Source: Trueperaceae bacterium (GTDB lineage Bacteria > Deinococcota > Deinococci > Deinococcales > Trueperaceae). Taken from it: a DNA stretch of 14,709 bases. Made by a program: the position numbers and the translations under genes. Shown in pieces: positions 13,069 to 14,709 of this stretch. The notes beneath the pieces were generated by a model that was not told the origin of the DNA, did not search any database, and saw only the letters and a list, made by a program, of their open reading frames with translations. The stretch's first letter is position 1. Each line of letters opens with the position of its first letter. Where the stretch lies: positions 1 to 14,709 of the forward strand of contig JAXHLW010000010.1 of assembly GCA_034521815.1 (NCBI GenBank), in the 5' to 3' direction.

Positions 13069-14703
13069 ATGAAACGAACGCTTCGTACCGTGACCGTAGC
13101 CCTGGCCGCCGTCCTCGCCGTCGCGCTTGCGGCAGTCGCCTTCGCACAAGACGCGCCGGAACCGCTGACCGAAGAGGAGCGCGCCCAGATGGCGGACATC
13201 TTCTTCGACCGCTGCGCCGGCTGTCACGGCGTGCTGCGCAAAGGCGCGACCGGCCCCTCGCTGGAGCCGGAGTCCACGCGTCAGCGCGGCATCCCCTACC
13301 TCGAGGCGGTCATCCACGGCGGCCTCCCCGGCGGCATGCCCGACTGGGGTCGCCAAGGGATCCTCAGCGAAGAAGAGACGGCGATGATGGCCAGGTTCCT
13401 GGTCGAGACGCCGCCCGAGCCGCCTCAGGCGTCGTTCGAAGGGATTCTCGATACCTGGACGGTGCACGTGCAGCCCGAAGACCGTCCGCTGGAGCCGCAG
13501 CACGAGTACGACTGGGAGAACTTCTTCGGCATCATCCTTCGCGACATGGGGCAGGTCGCCATCGTCGACGGCACGACGCGCGAGCTCGTCACGCTCGTGG
13601 ACACCGGCTACGCGATCCACATCCTTCGGTCCAGCGCCGACGGCCGCTACTTCACCGCCATCGGACGGGACGGCAAAGCGTCGCTGATCGACCTCTGGTA
13701 CGAGACGCCTCGCGTGGTCGCCGAGGTCAAGCCGTGCAACGACGCGCGCAGCATCGAGTCCAGCAAGTTCGAAGGGTACGAGAACGAGTACGCGATCGTC
13801 GGCTGCTACTGGCCACCGATGTTCGCGGTCCTCGACGGTCAGACGCTCGAGCCGATCAAGCTGGTCGGAACCAGCGGCTACGAGCGCGGCGCCGGCGATT
13901 ACGTCGAGGAAGCCCGCGTGGCCGCCATCGTCGGCTCCGAAGAGCACCCCGAGTGGATCGTCAACATCAAGGAGACCGGGCAGATCTGGCTGGTGGACTA
14001 CAGCCGTATCGCCGAGGACGGCCGGCCGCTGCCGGTCACGATGATCGACGCCGATCTGTACCTTCACGACGGCGGCTGGGCCGGCAACCGCTACTTCATC
14101 GTCGCCGCGAACGCGCTCGACAAGCTGATCGTGCTCGACAGTCGCGACCGCGAAATCGTCGGCGAGATCGAGGCCGGCGTGCGCCCGCACCCCGGACGCG
14201 GCGCCAACTGGGAGCACCCCGAGTACGGCCCCGTCTGGGCGACCGGCAACATGGGAAGCCCGGAGATGACCGTCGCCGGCGTGGACCCCGATGGCCACCC
14301 CGAGAACGCCTGGGAGGTCGTGGAGCAGGTCCAGCTTCCCTTCACCGGCTCGCTGTTCAACAAGACCCACCCGAACAGCCCGTACGTGATCATCGACTTC
14401 ACCATGAGCATGAACCCCGAAGGCGCCGCCTCGCTCTGCGCGATCGGCAAGGAATCGCTCGAGGTCGAGAGCTGCTGGGAGGTTCCCGGCGCCCAGGAGC
14501 TGGGCGCGCGCATGGTGCACATGGAGTTCGATCGCACCGGCGAGACGTTCTGGGTCTCCGCCTGGGGCAGGATGGACACCCCCACCTTCATCGCCGTCTA
14601 CGACTCGGTCACGCTCGAGGAAGTCGATCGGATCGAGGGTGACTGGGTGCGGACGCCCACCGGCAAGTTCAACGTGTTCAACACCGCGCACGAGGTCTAC
14701 TGA
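13069..14703 (+). CDS. nirS: Cytochrome cd1 nitrite reductase, 544 aa
   Basis: Signal peptide AFA|Q. Heme c motif RCAGCHGVLRKGATG and GGMPDW. d1-domain motifs GYAIHILRSS, ARSIESSK, RVAAIV, NIKETG, LHDGGW, PHPGRGA, KTHP, TPTGKFNV. Confidence 0.95.
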   Translation: MKRTLRTVTVALAAVLAVALAAVAFAQDAPEPLTEEERAQMADIFFDRCAGCHGVLRKGATGPSLEPESTRQRGIPYLEAVIHGGLPGGMPDWGRQGILSEEETAMMARFLVETPPEPPQASFEGILDTWTVHVQPEDRPLEPQHEYDWENFFGIILRDMGQVAIVDGTTRELVTLVDTGYAIHILRSSADGRYFTAIGRDGKASLIDLWYETPRVVAEVKPCNDARSIESSKFEGYENEYAIVGCYWPPMFAVLDGQTLEPIKLVGTSGYERGAGDYVEEARVAAIVGSEEHPEWIVNIKETGQIWLVDYSRIAEDGRPLPVTMIDADLYLHDGGWAGNRYFIVAANALDKLIVLDSRDREIVGEIEAGVRPHPGRGANWEHPEYGPVWATGNMGSPEMTVAGVDPDGHPENAWEVVEQVQLPFTGSLFNKTHPNSPYVIIDFTMSMNPEGAASLCAIGKESLEVESCWEVPGAQELGARMVHMEFDRTGETFWVSAWGRMDTPTFIAVYDSVTLEEVDRIEGDWVRTPTGKFNVFNTAHEVY

Positions 14704-14709
14704 GCGATC

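Noticed and set aside
12847-14691. Long antisense and alternative-frame ORFs (also 411..1505, 2065..3066, 8636..10036, 9703..11121, 12000..13199)
   Set aside because: Shadow ORFs expected from high-GC codon bias; they show no recognisable motifs.
13069-14703. NirN or NirF instead of NirS
   Set aside because: It has the NirS-specific CAGCHGVLRKGATG and both distal His motifs.

Overview
High-GC bacterial window with no RNA genes, transposases or CRISPR array. It is probably Deinococcota (Truepera/Thermus-like); this is inferred from apparently leaderless genes, Ala-x-Ala|Gln signal peptides and the outer-membrane protein. Left to right: a secreted EB_dh/DOMON-like heme-binding-family protein, an orphan Cys-rich ArsR, an RlmK/RlmI-like SAM methyltransferase, a YflT-like stress protein, a putative sulfane-sulfur module (ArsR-rhodanese fusion, frameshifted MFS, DsrE/YchN), a cupin remnant, a secreted Kelch propeller, a TetR-controlled MMPL/RND + LolA-like + outer-membrane beta-barrel operon, and a divergent cytochrome cd1 nitrite reductase (nirS). 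Three main leads. (1) A shared G(G/T)GAC-N4-G(T/G)C palindrome sits at about -42 in front of both nirS and the cysteine-free EB_dh-like gene, suggesting a common anaerobic regulon. (2) The three-component envelope transport system has a readable TetR operator. (3) The MFS gene carries a single-base frameshift at 4910/4911.
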